Shown here piece after piece: positions 31,441-42,697 of a stretch of 64,000 bases of DNA (positions are counted from its first letter, which is position 1; every line of letters starts with the position of its first letter). This stretch comes from Gammaproteobacteria bacterium. GTDB lineage: Bacteria; Pseudomonadota; Gammaproteobacteria; Chromatiales; Chromatiaceae. The stretch covers positions 161,370 through 225,369 of the forward strand of contig JAYQSI010000019.1 of the NCBI GenBank assembly GCA_038146785.1, read 5' to 3'. Under the pieces are notes generated by a model that made no database searches, was not told the origin of the DNA, and saw nothing but the letters and a program-made list of their open reading frames with translations. The translations under genes and the position numbers were made by a program.

Positions 31441-33311
31441 TGGCATTACTTCAAATTGCAGAACCTGGCCAATCAACGGCACCGCATCAGCATCGCTTTG
31501 CGGCGGGCATCGATTTAGGTACGACCAATTCCTTAGTGGCGACTGTGCGCAGTGGTGAGCCAGTCACTTTAGATGACGAGTCTGGACATGCGATCCTTCC
31601 TTCGGTTGTGCGCTATACCACTGAAGAGATCATTGTTGGTGAAGCGGCACGCCAAGCGGCGGTATCAGATCCACTCAATACCATTGCCTCAGCAAAGCGT
31701 TTGATTGGCCGTGCAATCAGTGAAGTGAAAGCACTTGGTGATCACTTGCCTTATCAATTTACGCAAACGGATCAAGCGGTCCCTCGTATTCAAACCGCAC
31801 AAGGTGATGTCAGTCCGATTGAGGTGTCTGCGGAAATCTTAAAGGTGCTGGCAGCGCGTGCAGAAGCATCATTGGGTGATGCCTTGACCGGCGTGGTGAT
31901 TACTGTGCCGGCTTACTTTGATGACGCACAACGTCAAGCAACCAAAGATGCGGCGAAGCTCGCGGGTTTAAATGTATTCCGTTTGTTAAATGAGCCAACG
32001 GCAGCGGCAGTTGCGTATGGTCTAGATCATCAAGCAGAAGGTGTGCATGCGATCTATGACTTGGGTGGTGGCACCTTTGATATCTCAATCTTGCGTTTGC
32101 AGAAAGGTGTTTTCGAGGTTCTCGCGACCGGTGGTGATTCAGCGCTTGGGGGCGATGATTTTGACCACGTGGTGGCTGAATGGATTTTGCAGCAGGCGGG
32201 TGTCACGAATGCTGATGCTTCATTGTTGCGTCAGATCAGTGTTGCAGCACGTGCGGCCAAAGAAAGTTTAAGTGAGCAATCGTCAGCTGATATTCAGGTT
32301 GATTTGCCAGACGGTTCGCAATGGCAGGGTCAATTATCGCGTGATCAATTCAATGCCTTGATTGAGCCGCTGGTTAAGAAAAGTTTGATGGCTTGCCGCC
32401 GTGCAGTTCGAGATGCTGGCGTTGAGTTGGATGAGATCAAAGATGTTGTGATGGTCGGTGGTTCGACCCGTACGCTGTATGTGCGTGAGCGTGTCGGCGA
32501 GTATTTCGGTACTGAGCCACTTGTCAGTATTGATCCTGATCGTGTCGTGGCGATTGGTGCGGCTATTCAAGCGGATGTCTTGGCAGGCAATAAGCCAGAT
32601 GGCGAGATGTTGTTGTTGGATGTGAATCCACTCTCGCTAGGTCTTGAGACTATGGGTGGCTTGGTTGAGAAAGTCATTCCACGCAACACCACCATTCCGG
32701 TGGCGCGTGCACAAGAGTTTACGACCTTTAAAGATGGCCAAACTGCAATGTCGATTCATGTGTTGCAGGGTGAGCGCGAGCTAGTCTCAGATTGCCGTTC
32801 ATTGGCGCGTTTTACCTTGACCGATATCCCGCCAATGGTGGCAGGGGCTGCGCGTATTCGCGTGACATTCTCGGTTGATGCAGACGGTTTATTGCATGTA
32901 GAAGCAGAAGAGCAAAGCCAAGGCGTGAAAGCGAGCGTTGAAGTTAAACCATCGTATGGTCTGAGTGATGATGAGATCATGACTATGCTGAAAGCGTCGA
33001 TTGATCATGCAGGCGATGATATGCAGGCACGTCGATTAGCTGAGCAAAAGGTTGAAGCGGCACGTGTAATTGAAGCGCTAACAGCAGCATTGGCGAGTGA
33101 CGCTGATGAGCTATTGAATACCGAAGAGCGCGCTGGTGTAGATCAACAGCTTGATGCGTTGAAACAAGCAGCTGAAAACAGCACTGATGCTGAAGCGGTT
33201 AAAGATGCGATTAAAGCGTTAGAGTCGCATTGTGAATTTTATGTAGAGCGTCGAATGAATAGTGGTATCCGCAAAGCGATGGCGGGCCATAAGGTCGATG
33301 AGTTTGAATAA
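31440..33311 (+). CDS. hscA: Fe-S chaperone HscA (Hsp70 family)
   Basis: [12 protein letters not shown]...[19 protein letters not shown]...[10 protein letters not shown]. Confidence 0.95.
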   Translation: MALLQIAEPGQSTAPHQHRFAAGIDLGTTNSLVATVRSGEPVTLDDESGHAILPSVVRYTTEEIIVGEAARQAAVSDPLNTIASAKRLIGRAISEVKALGDHLPYQFTQTDQAVPRIQTAQGDVSPIEVSAEILKVLAARAEASLGDALTGVVITVPAYFDDAQRQATKDAAKLAGLNVFRLLNEPTAAAVAYGLDHQAEGVHAIYDLGGGTFDISILRLQKGVFEVLATGGDSALGGDDFDHVVAEWILQQAGVTNADASLLRQISVAARAAKESLSEQSSADIQVDLPDGSQWQGQLSRDQFNALIEPLVKKSLMACRRAVRDAGVELDEIKDVVMVGGSTRTLYVRERVGEYFGTEPLVSIDPDRVVAIGAAIQADVLAGNKPDGEMLLLDVNPLSLGLETMGGLVEKVIPRNTTIPVARAQEFTTFKDGQTAMSIHVLQGERELVSDCRSLARFTLTDIPPMVAGAARIRVTFSVDADGLLHVEAEEQSQGVKASVEVKPSYGLSDDEIMTMLKASIDHAGDDMQARRLAEQKVEAARVIEALTAALASDADELLNTEERAGVDQQLDALKQAAENSTDAEAVKDAIKALESHCEFYVERRMNSGIRKAMAGHKVDEFE

Positions 33312-33326
33312 GGAATAGGGTAAAGC

Positions 33327-33665
33327 ATGCCTCAAATTATCTTTTTGCCAAATGACGATTTGTGCCCAGAAGGTGCAGTAATTCAGTGTGAGCCAGGTGT
33401 CACCATTTGTGATGCAGCCTTGGCGAATGACATTGAGATTGAGCACGCCTGTGAAAAATCATGTGCCTGTACAACCTGTCACATTATTGTGCGTGAAGGT
33501 TTTAACTCGCTTAACGATGCAACCGAAGACGAAGATGACATGCTGGATAAAGCATGGGGTCTAGAGCCGGATTCGCGTTTGGCTTGTCAGGCTGTGGTGG
33601 GTGATGAAGACTTGGTTGTAGAACTACCCAAGTACACCATCAACCATGCAAAAGAAAATCACTAA
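33327..33665 (+). CDS. fdx: [2Fe-2S] ferredoxin of the isc operon
   Basis: MPQIIFLPNDDLCPEG...IEHACEKSCACTTCH...LACQA. Confidence 0.95.
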   Translation: MPQIIFLPNDDLCPEGAVIQCEPGVTICDAALANDIEIEHACEKSCACTTCHIIVREGFNSLNDATEDEDDMLDKAWGLEPDSRLACQAVVGDEDLVVELPKYTINHAKENH

Positions 33666-33674
33666 GGAGACATC

Positions 33675-33875
33675 ATGAGCTTAAAGTGGACTGATACCTT
33701 GGATATCGCGATCGAATTGGATGAGGCGCATCCTGATGTGGATCCAACGCACGTTAATTTTGTTGATTTGATGAATTGGACCATGGCGTTGCCTGAGTTT
33801 GATGACAACAAAGATCGTTGTGGCGAAAAGATCCTTGAAGCCATCCAGATGGCGTGGATTGAAGAGCGAGAATAA
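33675..33875 (+). CDS. iscX: IscX (YfhJ)
   Basis: MSLKWTDTLDIAIELDEAHPDVDP...KILEAIQMAWIEE parallels E. coli IscX. Confidence 0.85.
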   Translation: MSLKWTDTLDIAIELDEAHPDVDPTHVNFVDLMNWTMALPEFDDNKDRCGEKILEAIQMAWIEERE

Positions 33876-33886
33876 CGAGGCCGTCA

Positions 33887-36082
33887 GTGGTTTCTGTTGC
33901 GCAATCACTCCCCGATAGCGGTGAGCTGACCGCTGAAATTGTTGCGCAATGGTTAGCGGGGCAGTCGCAGCAACGCTCTGCTAAAGATATCGATCGTTTA
34001 ACGCATGCGATCGCTCTGATGCAAAAAATACATGCAGGCGAGACCAATACCGATGGCATGTCTCGTTCTTTGGCGTTACTGCATACGGCACATATCGCCG
34101 ACTCACTGAAGCTCGATACCGATACCTTGCTGAGTATCTTTCTCTCTGAGCTGCCCACACGAGATGATTTTGCAGCTGATCAAATTGCTGAGCAGTTTGG
34201 TTCTGATGTCGTCACGCTGATTCAGCAAGTCGCACGACTGCGCGAAATTTCTCATCGTGGTGCCAAAACCGAAGCACAAAACATCGAAAGCCTACGTCGC
34301 TTATTGCTTGAGTTGGCTGGCGATGTGCGCGTGATCTTAATCGTCTTAGTTAAACGATTACGTTTGATGCGCTACCTAAAAAATACCGATGCTGAGTTGC
34401 AGCGCGTCATTGCTCACGAAACGCGACAGGTTCATGCGCCCTTAGCGAATCGTTTAGGTATCTGGACGGTTAAGTGGGAGCTAGAAGATCTATGTCTGCG
34501 TTTCCTCGAGCCTGATCAGTACAAAAATCTTGCTAAGCAGCTCGATGGTAAACGTTTAGAGCGCGAAAGTTTCGTTGAGAATTTTCTGTGTGAGTTAAGT
34601 GAGATCTGTGAAGCAGCGGATATTCATGCGGATGTGATGGGTCGGCCAAAACATATTTTCAGCATCTGGAACAAGATGCGTCAAAAGCAGCTCACCTTTG
34701 AGCAGTTATTCGATGTCCGCGCTGTACGGGTGTTAGTTGAAACCGTAGCGCAGTGTTATGAAGTGCTAGGTTTGGTGCACAGCCAGTGGAAGCCTATTGC
34801 CAAAGAGTTCGATGATTACATTGCCAATCCAAAGCCCAATGGTTATGCCTCACTCCATACCGCAGTGATTGCTAGTGACGGTAAGCCAGTAGAGATTCAG
34901 ATTCGCACACATCAAATGCATGATCATGCAGAGCGCGGTGTTGCCGCACACTGGATGTATAAAGAGGCCAAAGCAAGTGATGCGGCACTAGAGTCGCGTG
35001 TTTCGATGATGCGTAATTGGCTCTCGCAAGAGGTGACAACGCATGAGGCTGATGCGGATGAGGCTGAATACGAAGCGCAGCGTATTTATGTGCTGACGCC
35101 GCAAAATAAAGTGATTGAGCTATCAGCTGGTGCAACACCTGTGGACTTTGCGTATGCAGTGCATAGTTCGGTAGGTGATCGTTGTCGTGGTGCCAAGATC
35201 AATGGCCAGATGGCAACGCTAACGCGCAAGCTACAAAGTGGTGATGTCGTTGAGATCATCACGGCAAAGCAGGGTGGGCCAAGTCGTGATTGGCTGAATG
35301 TCTCTTCAGGGTATGTCACGACATCGAAAGCACGAAATCGCATAAAGCATTGGTTCAAGCAGCAGGACTATGAAGAAGATCTGCATGAAGGGCGTGCGGC
35401 CTTAGATCGTGAGTGTCACCGCACGCAAATACCTAAAGCTGAGTTAGATCAGTTAGCCAAGCGCTTTAATTTTAAAAACGTTGACGATCTTTACGCGGCG
35501 ATTGGTCGTGGTGATGTCTCTGCAATACAGGTGGCAAACACTCTGCAGCCTAAGACGCATGAGACTGACGAAGAAGTGGATGAAAAGATCCGCAAGCGCA
35601 CCAAGAAGCCGGCTAAGCCGGACAGTAGCTCGGGCCCTGTCATTGTTGGTGGCGTGAATGATCTACTGACTCATGTGGCGCGTTGTTGTAAGCCAGTCCC
35701 GCCAGATCCGGTAATCGGTTTTATTACCCGTGGTCGTGGCATTACAGTGCACCATCAGAATTGCCGAGTAATCGATCGAATTGATGAGGCGAATCGTGAT
35801 CGTTTGATTGATGTGGCCTGGAATGCACATTCAAAGCAGCGTCGGTATGTCGTGGATATCTTGGTTGAGGCCTATGATCGAAAAGGGCTCCTACGGGATA
35901 TCACCTCAGTGTTTACGCATGCCGATGTGGATGTTTTGGCGGTGAAAACACGCTCAGATAAGCGTCATGAGCGGGCAAAGATGCGATTCAGTGTCGAGAT
36001 AGCCGAATTGGCAGAATTAGAGCGGGTAATGAGCCAATTGGCGCAGGTGCCAGACGTGCAAAGCGTTGGCCGTCAGGTGTAG
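33887..36082 (+). CDS. relA: (p)ppGpp synthetase RelA (RelA/SpoT homologue with TGS and ACT regions)
   Basis: 731 aa, GTG start. GRPKHIFSIWNKMRQK...DVRAVRVLV...NGYASLHTAV...IQIRTHQMHDHAERGVAAHWMYKE. Confidence 0.9.
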   Translation: MVSVAQSLPDSGELTAEIVAQWLAGQSQQRSAKDIDRLTHAIALMQKIHAGETNTDGMSRSLALLHTAHIADSLKLDTDTLLSIFLSELPTRDDFAADQIAEQFGSDVVTLIQQVARLREISHRGAKTEAQNIESLRRLLLELAGDVRVILIVLVKRLRLMRYLKNTDAELQRVIAHETRQVHAPLANRLGIWTVKWELEDLCLRFLEPDQYKNLAKQLDGKRLERESFVENFLCELSEICEAADIHADVMGRPKHIFSIWNKMRQKQLTFEQLFDVRAVRVLVETVAQCYEVLGLVHSQWKPIAKEFDDYIANPKPNGYASLHTAVIASDGKPVEIQIRTHQMHDHAERGVAAHWMYKEAKASDAALESRVSMMRNWLSQEVTTHEADADEAEYEAQRIYVLTPQNKVIELSAGATPVDFAYAVHSSVGDRCRGAKINGQMATLTRKLQSGDVVEIITAKQGGPSRDWLNVSSGYVTTSKARNRIKHWFKQQDYEEDLHEGRAALDRECHRTQIPKAELDQLAKRFNFKNVDDLYAAIGRGDVSAIQVANTLQPKTHETDEEVDEKIRKRTKKPAKPDSSSGPVIVGGVNDLLTHVARCCKPVPPDPVIGFITRGRGITVHHQNCRVIDRIDEANRDRLIDVAWNAHSKQRRYVVDILVEAYDRKGLLRDITSVFTHADVDVLAVKTRSDKRHERAKMRFSVEIAELAELERVMSQLAQVPDVQSVGRQV

Positions 36083-36273
36083 CAGAAAACCCTTCAGACA
36101 GTTAAACTAAGCGCCGGTTTTTTCAGGAAAAATTGCCGCCCATCGCCTAGACTTTTTAGCGGTGTTCGAGCAGGTGAAAAAGCGCCCAGTTTTGAATCTT
36201 TAGCAGCCCCTCATTTGTGCTGAAGATTGGTTCAAATTTTTACTTATCTAATTGTTTTTTAAGGAAATTAAAG

Positions 36274-36702
36274 ATGGCAGTCCAGCGCACTATCTCTATT
36301 ATCAAGCCAGACGCAGTTGCTAAAAACGTCATTGGTGACATCTACAATCGTTTCGAAAAAGCCGGTTTGCGTGTTGTGGCAGCAAAAATGGTTCACTTGA
36401 GTGAAGAAGAAGCCGGTGGTTTCTACGCGGTTCACAAAGAGCGTCCTTTCTTCGGTGAGTTGGTTGCTTTCATGACCTCTGGTCCAGTGATGGTTCAGGT
36501 TTTGGAAGGTGAGAATGCGATCGAGAAAAACCGTGAGCTGATGGGTGCAACTAACCCAGCAGAAGCGGCAGCCGGCACCATTCGCGCTGATCACGCATCA
36601 ACTATCGATGAAAATGCAGTACACGGTTCAGACGGTGAAGATACCGCGGCAACCGAGATTGCGTATTTCTTCCCAGAAGGTGTTTGCGAGCGTACTCGCT
36701 AA
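36274..36702 (+). CDS. ndk: Nucleoside diphosphate kinase
   Basis: [15 protein letters not shown]...NAVHGSD. Start at the internal Met of ORF 36217..36702. Confidence 0.95.
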   Translation: MAVQRTISIIKPDAVAKNVIGDIYNRFEKAGLRVVAAKMVHLSEEEAGGFYAVHKERPFFGELVAFMTSGPVMVQVLEGENAIEKNRELMGATNPAEAAAGTIRADHASTIDENAVHGSDGEDTAATEIAYFFPEGVCERTR

Positions 36703-36711
36703 TCATCCTTT

Positions 36712-37812
36712 ATGAGCTTGGCGTCAGACAAAATGAATCTGCTCGACCTCGATAAGTCAGGTTTTGAAAACCTGGCTGTCGAGTTCGGCGCCAAGCCGTT
36801 TCATGGCCGTAACTTGCTGAAGTGGATTCACAAGCACGGCGTGATTGATCTTGAGCAGATGACCGATTTACCAAAAAGTTTTCGTGAAGCCTTAGCTGAG
36901 AAAACCTATATCGCTGTTCCCGAGATTGTTTTTGAACAGCCTTCGCTCGATGGCACAACCAAGTGGGTGCTTGAGCTAGAAGATGGTCAGCGTATCGAGA
37001 CCGTGCATATTCCTGAAGGTGATCGCAGTACCATTTGCGTGTCATCGCAAGTGGGTTGTGCCTTGGATTGTTCGTTTTGCTCAACCGCACAGCAGGGTTT
37101 TAACCGTAACCTCACAACCGGTGAGATCATTGGTCAAATTTGGCAAGCAACCCGTGAGTTAGGTCGTTCACCGACTAATGTGGTGATGATGGGTATGGGT
37201 GAGCCATTGGCAAACTTTGGACCTGTCACCGCGGCAATGAAGCTGATGACTGATGACTTGGCTTATATGATCGCCAAAGCGCGCGTCACTATCAGCACCT
37301 CGGGCATTGTGCCTGCTTTGCGTCGCCTTAAAGGTGAATGTGATGTGAGTTTAGCTGTGTCATTACACGCGCCTACCAATGAGCTGCGTGATGAGTTGGT
37401 GCCTATCAATCAAAAATACCCACTCGAAGAATTAATTCCTGCGTGTAAAGAATTCGTTAGTGGTGAGCGTAAGCGTAAGGTGACGTGGGAATACGTGATG
37501 CTTGATGGCGTTAACGATTCGATCGCACATGCTAAAGCGCTGATTCGTTTGTTAGAAGGCGTGCCTTCTAAAATTAATTTGATTCCGTTTAACCCTTTCC
37601 CGGGAACACGCTATACCACTTCGCCACGAGATAAGGTGGATGCCTTCCGTGATCGTTTAGTGCGAGCCGGTATCGTGACGATTACGCGCAAAACACGCGG
37701 TGATGATATCGATGCGGCCTGTGGTCAGTTGGTGGGTAAGGTAAGAGATAAAAGTCGTCGTCAATTACGACGCGATCAATCCGTTGCAGCGCAAGGAGGC
37801 AATGCTCAATGA
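36712..37812 (+). CDS. rlmN: 23S rRNA/tRNA m2A methyltransferase RlmN (radical SAM)
   Basis: ...[28 protein letters not shown]...MGMGEPL...CGQL. Confidence 0.9.
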   Translation: MSLASDKMNLLDLDKSGFENLAVEFGAKPFHGRNLLKWIHKHGVIDLEQMTDLPKSFREALAEKTYIAVPEIVFEQPSLDGTTKWVLELEDGQRIETVHIPEGDRSTICVSSQVGCALDCSFCSTAQQGFNRNLTTGEIIGQIWQATRELGRSPTNVVMMGMGEPLANFGPVTAAMKLMTDDLAYMIAKARVTISTSGIVPALRRLKGECDVSLAVSLHAPTNELRDELVPINQKYPLEELIPACKEFVSGERKRKVTWEYVMLDGVNDSIAHAKALIRLLEGVPSKINLIPFNPFPGTRYTTSPRDKVDAFRDRLVRAGIVTITRKTRGDDIDAACGQLVGKVRDKSRRQLRRDQSVAAQGGNAQ

Positions 37813-38597
37813 AATACGTTCTTACACTTTTAGCTGTGATGCTGTTGGCGGGATGTCAGTCGAATCCACAACGCACTGCTGAAACGTCATCGACGGACAG
37901 TAAAGCGGGTGTTGATACGACAGGTGCATTAGGTTCACCTGTTGAACGCCGTAGCGCTGCGAATGTTTACGTGGAGTTGGGTACGGCTTATCTGCAAGAG
38001 GGTGTGCTAGGTGAAGCGTTAAAGAATGCGCGTAAAGCCATCATTGTCGATCCTGAGTTAGCACCTGCACATAATCTGCTTGGCATTATCTATCAACGCT
38101 TAGGTAAAACCGTGTTGGCGGGTGAGCATCTTGCTAAAGCGGTCAAGATTGATCCATATGATCCTTATGCGCTGAATGCCTTGGGTTCGTTTGAGTGTGA
38201 TCAAGCGCAATATGATTCTGCGATCTCGCGTTTTAAGGCTGCGCTGGAAAACCCGCTTTATCCAACGCCTTGGGTGGCATCGCATAACGCCGGTCAGTGT
38301 TCTGAGCGTCAAGGTAATGCCGCAAAGGCTGAAGATTATTACCGTGCTGCGCTAAAGCGTAATCCTGGTTTCGCGCAAAGTTTGGCGCGTATGGCGCATA
38401 TCAGTGCCGGCAAGGGTCAGTCGCTGAGTGTGCGCGCTTATTTGCAACGGTATGCAGGCATTAGCCCGCTAACCGCTGATTTATTGTTACTCGGTGTTCG
38501 CGCTGAGAACGCATTGGGGGATGCGAAACAAGCTGCTTTATATGCGGCGGAGTTACGCAAGCGTTATCCAACAGCAAAGGAGATTGAGTCGCTTTAG
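37809..38597 (+). CDS. pilW: Type IV pilus biogenesis/stability TPR lipoprotein PilW (PilF of Pseudomonas)
   Basis: Lipobox LLAGC, then TPR repeats. Conserved position between rlmN and rodZ. Confidence 0.75.
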   Translation: MKYVLTLLAVMLLAGCQSNPQRTAETSSTDSKAGVDTTGALGSPVERRSAANVYVELGTAYLQEGVLGEALKNARKAIIVDPELAPAHNLLGIIYQRLGKTVLAGEHLAKAVKIDPYDPYALNALGSFECDQAQYDSAISRFKAALENPLYPTPWVASHNAGQCSERQGNAAKAEDYYRAALKRNPGFAQSLARMAHISAGKGQSLSVRAYLQRYAGISPLTADLLLLGVRAENALGDAKQAALYAAELRKRYPTAKEIESL

Positions 38598-38611
38598 GCT
38601 CTTGATAAGCG

Positions 38612-39592
38612 ATGGTTGAAGAAACAATAAGTCAGCCTACTGACCAACAAATCTTGATTGGTAAGTTGTTGCGTGATGCGCGTGAGGCCAAAGGCATCGC
38701 GATTGAAGATTTGGCGGAAAAGCTCCATCTGCTCACTGATGTGGTTCGTGGTATTGAACAGTGCGACTTCGAAGAAATGCCATCGCGCGTTTTTGTCCGT
38801 GGCTATGTGCGTAACTATGCCCGCTTGGTGGGTTTGAATGCACAGGAGATGCTCGACAAGTTTGATCAAGCGCATCCAGAGGATCTCTCACATCTTCAGA
38901 TAGATAAAACCCCACACCTACCAACTGACTCGCCGGTGGCAAGTCGTTTTGCCGGTGTTGTGACTTGGGTAACTGTTTTAGCGATTGTGATCTTGTTTGT
39001 AGTTTGGTGGTACGACTACCTTACGCGTGAAGAAGCGCAAGAGATCACTGCGGAGCAGGCTGTTGTGACCGAAGAGGTCATTGCTCAGTCGCCTGTTGAG
39101 TTAGCGCCTCAGGTAGAGAGTGTTACTCCGCCTGCTGTAGTGGCCGAACCCATCGAAGAAGTTCAGGCGGTCGAGCTTAAGCAAGATGAAATTGAGCCAA
39201 AGGTTGCAGTGCCTGTTGAAGTGGCACCCGTTGAGCCGGTGGTCGAGCCACAGCCTGTTGTTGCTGAGCCGATGTTCATCGAGCCAGTTCAAACGCCAGT
39301 GATTGAAGAAAAGCCAATTGAAGTTGTGGAAGCGCAACCGCAAGCGCCGGTAATTCCAGATGTGCGCCTTAAGCTGAATGGTGATTGTTGGGTCATCGTT
39401 AAATCCGATGATGACAGCTTTAAGCTGGTGGGTTTGTATAACACCGGTTACGAAAAGATCTTTGAGGGTAATGCGCCTTACACCATCGTGTTGGGTAACT
39501 ATGAGTCAGCCGAGCTTTGGGTGAGAGGTGAGTTATATGACTTAACGCCTCATGCGCGTGGCAATGTGGCCCGTTTTACCCTGACGTTGTGA
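38612..39592 (+). CDS. rodZ: Cytoskeleton protein RodZ (XRE-type HTH, TM, P/V/E-rich linker, C-terminal DUF4115)
   Basis: IGKLLRDAREAKGIAIEDLAEKLHL..., TM VVTWVTVLAIVILFVVWW, linker VEPVVEPQPVVAEP... Confidence 0.8.
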   Translation: MVEETISQPTDQQILIGKLLRDAREAKGIAIEDLAEKLHLLTDVVRGIEQCDFEEMPSRVFVRGYVRNYARLVGLNAQEMLDKFDQAHPEDLSHLQIDKTPHLPTDSPVASRFAGVVTWVTVLAIVILFVVWWYDYLTREEAQEITAEQAVVTEEVIAQSPVELAPQVESVTPPAVVAEPIEEVQAVELKQDEIEPKVAVPVEVAPVEPVVEPQPVVAEPMFIEPVQTPVIEEKPIEVVEAQPQAPVIPDVRLKLNGDCWVIVKSDDDSFKLVGLYNTGYEKIFEGNAPYTIVLGNYESAELWVRGELYDLTPHARGNVARFTLTL

Positions 39593-39628
39593 TTCACAAC
39601 CTAACCTAGACAAATATAGTAAGAAGGT

Positions 39629-40909
39629 ATGTCGAAAAATATTCAAGCAATCCGTGGAATGCATGATCTGTTGCCAGATCAATCGCCACGTTGGCAGTTT
39701 CTTGAGCGCACTGTTGCGCAAGTGCTTAAGTCATATGGCTATGCAGAGATCCGTATGCCCATTGTTGAATCGACGGATTTGTTTAAGCGTTCTATCGGTG
39801 AGGTTACCGATATTGTCGAGAAGGAGATGTATACCTTCGATGATCGTAACGGCGACAGCTTAACCCTGCGTCCTGAAGGCACTGCTGGATGTGTGCGTGC
39901 GGCACTTGAGCATGGTTTGCTACATAACCAAACACAACGCCTTTGGTACTTCGGTCAGATGTTCCGACATGAGCGTCCGCAGAAAGGGCGTTATCGCCAG
40001 TTCCACCAAATCGGTGTTGAGACTTATGGCATGTCTGGTCCAGATATCGATGCTGAATTGATTCTGATGACCGCGCGTCTGTGGAAAGAGTTAGGTATTG
40101 ATGGCCTTGAGCTTCAACTCAATACCCTGGGTACGCCAGAAGAGCGCGTGATTTATCGCGATGCCTTGATTGCGTACTTTGAGCAATTTACTGATCGTTT
40201 GGATGAAGATGCACAGCGTCGCTTACACACTAATCCGTTGCGTATCTTAGATACAAAGAACCCAGATATGGCGGAGATTGTGGCAGGTGCGCCAACGCTA
40301 GATGCATACCTTGGCGATGAATCTAAGCAGCACTTTGATGCCATCTGTGCGCAGTTAGATCGTGCGGGCGTTAAGTATGTAATCAACCCACGTTTGGTGC
40401 GTGGCTTGGATTATTACTCGCGCACGGTTTTTGAATGGGTAACTAACCTGTTGGGTGCGCAAGGTACTGTATGTGCCGGCGGTCGATACGATGGTCTGGT
40501 CACTCAGTTAGGTGGTCGTGAAACACCAGCGATTGGTTTTGCGATGGGTGTTGAGCGATTGATTGCTGTGATGGAAGAGTTAGGTCGTTTCGATGAACTT
40601 TCGCCACCGGTTGATGCCTATTTGGTACTTGCGGGCGATAAAGCGCAAGAGATTGGCTTAGGTCTAGCTGAGCAGTTGCGTGATGGTATTCCATCCTTGC
40701 GTTTGATGACGCATTGCGGCGGCGGCAGCATGAAGTCGCAATTTAAAAAGGCGGATAAGTCTGGTGCGCCGATTGCTTTGGTCTTGGGTGATCAAGAAGT
40801 CGAGAGTGAACAGATCGCCGTTAAGTTTTTACGAGATCAACGCGACCAAGAGATGGTGGCATGGGATGATCTCAATGAGTTTTTAACCTCTTTGCAGTTT
40901 GAGGCATAA
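39629..40909 (+). CDS. hisS: Histidyl-tRNA synthetase
   Basis: [14 protein letters not shown]...[12 protein letters not shown]...[16 protein letters not shown]...GGGRYDGL. Confidence 0.95.
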   Translation: MSKNIQAIRGMHDLLPDQSPRWQFLERTVAQVLKSYGYAEIRMPIVESTDLFKRSIGEVTDIVEKEMYTFDDRNGDSLTLRPEGTAGCVRAALEHGLLHNQTQRLWYFGQMFRHERPQKGRYRQFHQIGVETYGMSGPDIDAELILMTARLWKELGIDGLELQLNTLGTPEERVIYRDALIAYFEQFTDRLDEDAQRRLHTNPLRILDTKNPDMAEIVAGAPTLDAYLGDESKQHFDAICAQLDRAGVKYVINPRLVRGLDYYSRTVFEWVTNLLGAQGTVCAGGRYDGLVTQLGGRETPAIGFAMGVERLIAVMEELGRFDELSPPVDAYLVLAGDKAQEIGLGLAEQLRDGIPSLRLMTHCGGGSMKSQFKKADKSGAPIALVLGDQEVESEQIAVKFLRDQRDQEMVAWDDLNEFLTSLQFEA

Positions 40910-40911
40910 CA

Positions 40912-41535
40912 ATGAGTACGTATTTATCTGATGACGAACAAGCAGAAGCGCTGAAGAAATGGTGGAAAGAAAACGCCGTTTCAATCATCGTGGGTGCAGG
41001 TCTTGGTTTCGGCATCATCTTTGGCTGGCAGGGCTGGCAAATGTTTCAAACCTCGCAAGGTGAGGCAGCATCACAGTTGTATGCACAGGTCGAGCAGGCG
41101 ACTAAATCGGGCGCTGATTTTGATAACACAGCAACACAGTTAAAAGCTGACTATGCCGGTACCGCTTATGCGAGCTATGCAGCGATGCAACAAGCTAAAG
41201 CAGCTTACAAAGCTGGCAATCCAGATCGCGCACGTTCTGAACTAGAGTGGGTTATGGCGAATGCACCTGATCCCGTTTTAGTGGATTTGGCGCGTTTACG
41301 TTTGGCAGCATTGCTTGTCGATCAACAGCAATACGATGCGGCTAAAGAGGTTATCGCAGCGGCAGGCACCTTCATGAAGGGTGACTTCGAACAGCTCCAA
41401 GGTGACATTGCGCGTGCGCAAGGTGACAAGGTTGCAGCACTCGCTGCTTATCAAGCCGCGGCATCCAGTGGTGTGACCGATATGCGTTTGCTCAGCATGA
41501 AGATTGTTGATGTCACGCCAGTTGAGGGTAAATAA
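40912..41535 (+). CDS. YfgM-family membrane-anchored TPR-like protein
   Basis: N-terminal DDEQAEALKKWWKENA + single TM. Conserved position between hisS and bamB. Confidence 0.7.
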   Translation: MSTYLSDDEQAEALKKWWKENAVSIIVGAGLGFGIIFGWQGWQMFQTSQGEAASQLYAQVEQATKSGADFDNTATQLKADYAGTAYASYAAMQQAKAAYKAGNPDRARSELEWVMANAPDPVLVDLARLRLAALLVDQQQYDAAKEVIAAAGTFMKGDFEQLQGDIARAQGDKVAALAAYQAAASSGVTDMRLLSMKIVDVTPVEGK

Positions 41536-41545
41536 GTTGCACTCA

Positions 41546-42697
41546 ATGATTCGTTTACTGGCGACAGCATCGTTAGCGATTGCTTTAAGCGCTTGCTCAA
41601 GCGTTGTTGAATACATTCAGCCAGCTGAAAAAAATCCGCTCGCTGAACTCACTGACTTTGATGAAAAAGTCGCACTCACTGAAGTGTGGCAAATCAGCCT
41701 AGCTGAAAATGATCATCGTCTGCATTTGTATCCAGCGATTTCTAATGATCGTGTGTATGTGGCTGATGGTGAAGGTCAGCTCCAATCACTCGATCTCGCA
41801 TCAGGCAAAGTCATTTGGGCAAATGAAACCGAGGCGACCTTGTCTGGTGGTCCCGGTGTTAATCAGCGCTATGTGGCTGTCGGAACGCGTGACGCTGAGT
41901 TACTGATGTTTGCTGCGATTGATGGGCAGCTTGTTTGGCGTAAGCGCGTGAGTAGTGAAGTGCTTTCAACGCCGGTGATGGATGATCAGCGCGTTATTGT
42001 TCGCACCATTGATGGCAAGGTGACTGCTCTATCTCTTACTGATGGTGCGCAACTGTGGCAATTTGAGCGTGAGATACCGGCATTAACCTTGCGTGGTAGT
42101 AGTTCACCCGTGCTGCAAGACGGCGTTGTCTATTTTGGTTTGGCAGGTGGTCGTTTGATTGCCTTGAATGCTGAGACAGGTGCTGTTGTTTGGGATACCA
42201 CGGTATCGGTTCCTCGTGGTCGTTCCGAGCTTGAGCGTTTAGCGGATATTGATGCACCACCCGTGTTACTCGATGGTGTTGCCTATGTTTCAACCTTCCA
42301 AGGGCAGGTTGCGGCAATCAATGCACGTAATGGCCAAGCTATATGGCGTCGTAATTTCTCGTCATACCGCTCAATGGATACCGATCGCAAAAGCTTATAT
42401 GCCGCTGATGATAAAGGCTTGGTATGGGCATTTGACCTTGATACAGGTGCTGCACGTTGGCGCCAAGAAGGTCTAAAGAATCGTCAGACATCCGATGTGG
42501 TGTCTTTAGGTGGTGTGGTTATTGCGGGTGATATCGAAGGTTATCTCCATGTGATGTCAGCTGCTGATGGCGCCTTCCTTGGGCGTATTGAATTGAGTGA
42601 TCCGATCGAATCAGGTCTTGTTGCCATCAATGGTCATGTCTTAGTGCAAGATCGCGGTGGTCGTTTAACGCTTCTTAAGGTGAGTGCACGGCCTTGA
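41546..42697 (+). CDS. bamB: Outer-membrane protein assembly lipoprotein BamB (PQQ-like beta-propeller)
   Basis: [19 protein letters not shown] lipobox, repeated G.l.ald..tG...W motifs. Start at the internal Met. Confidence 0.85.
   Translation: MIRLLATASLAIALSACSSVVEYIQPAEKNPLAELTDFDEKVALTEVWQISLAENDHRLHLYPAISNDRVYVADGEGQLQSLDLASGKVIWANETEATLSGGPGVNQRYVAVGTRDAELLMFAAIDGQLVWRKRVSSEVLSTPVMDDQRVIVRTIDGKVTALSLTDGAQLWQFEREIPALTLRGSSSPVLQDGVVYFGLAGGRLIALNAETGAVVWDTTVSVPRGRSELERLADIDAPPVLLDGVAYVSTFQGQVAAINARNGQAIWRRNFSSYRSMDTDRKSLYAADDKGLVWAFDLDTGAARWRQEGLKNRQTSDVVSLGGVVIAGDIEGYLHVMSAADGAFLGRIELSDPIESGLVAINGHVLVQDRGGRLTLLKVSARP

Noticed and set aside
36083-36130. Terminator after relA (…AAGCGCCGGTTTTTTC)
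   Set aside because: A T-run is present, but I could not find a convincing complementary stem upstream.
39100-39360. Repetitive GTTGA(G/A)CC... tract in rodZ
   Set aside because: It is the low-complexity Pro/Val/Glu linker that is normal for RodZ, not a mobile or regulatory repeat.
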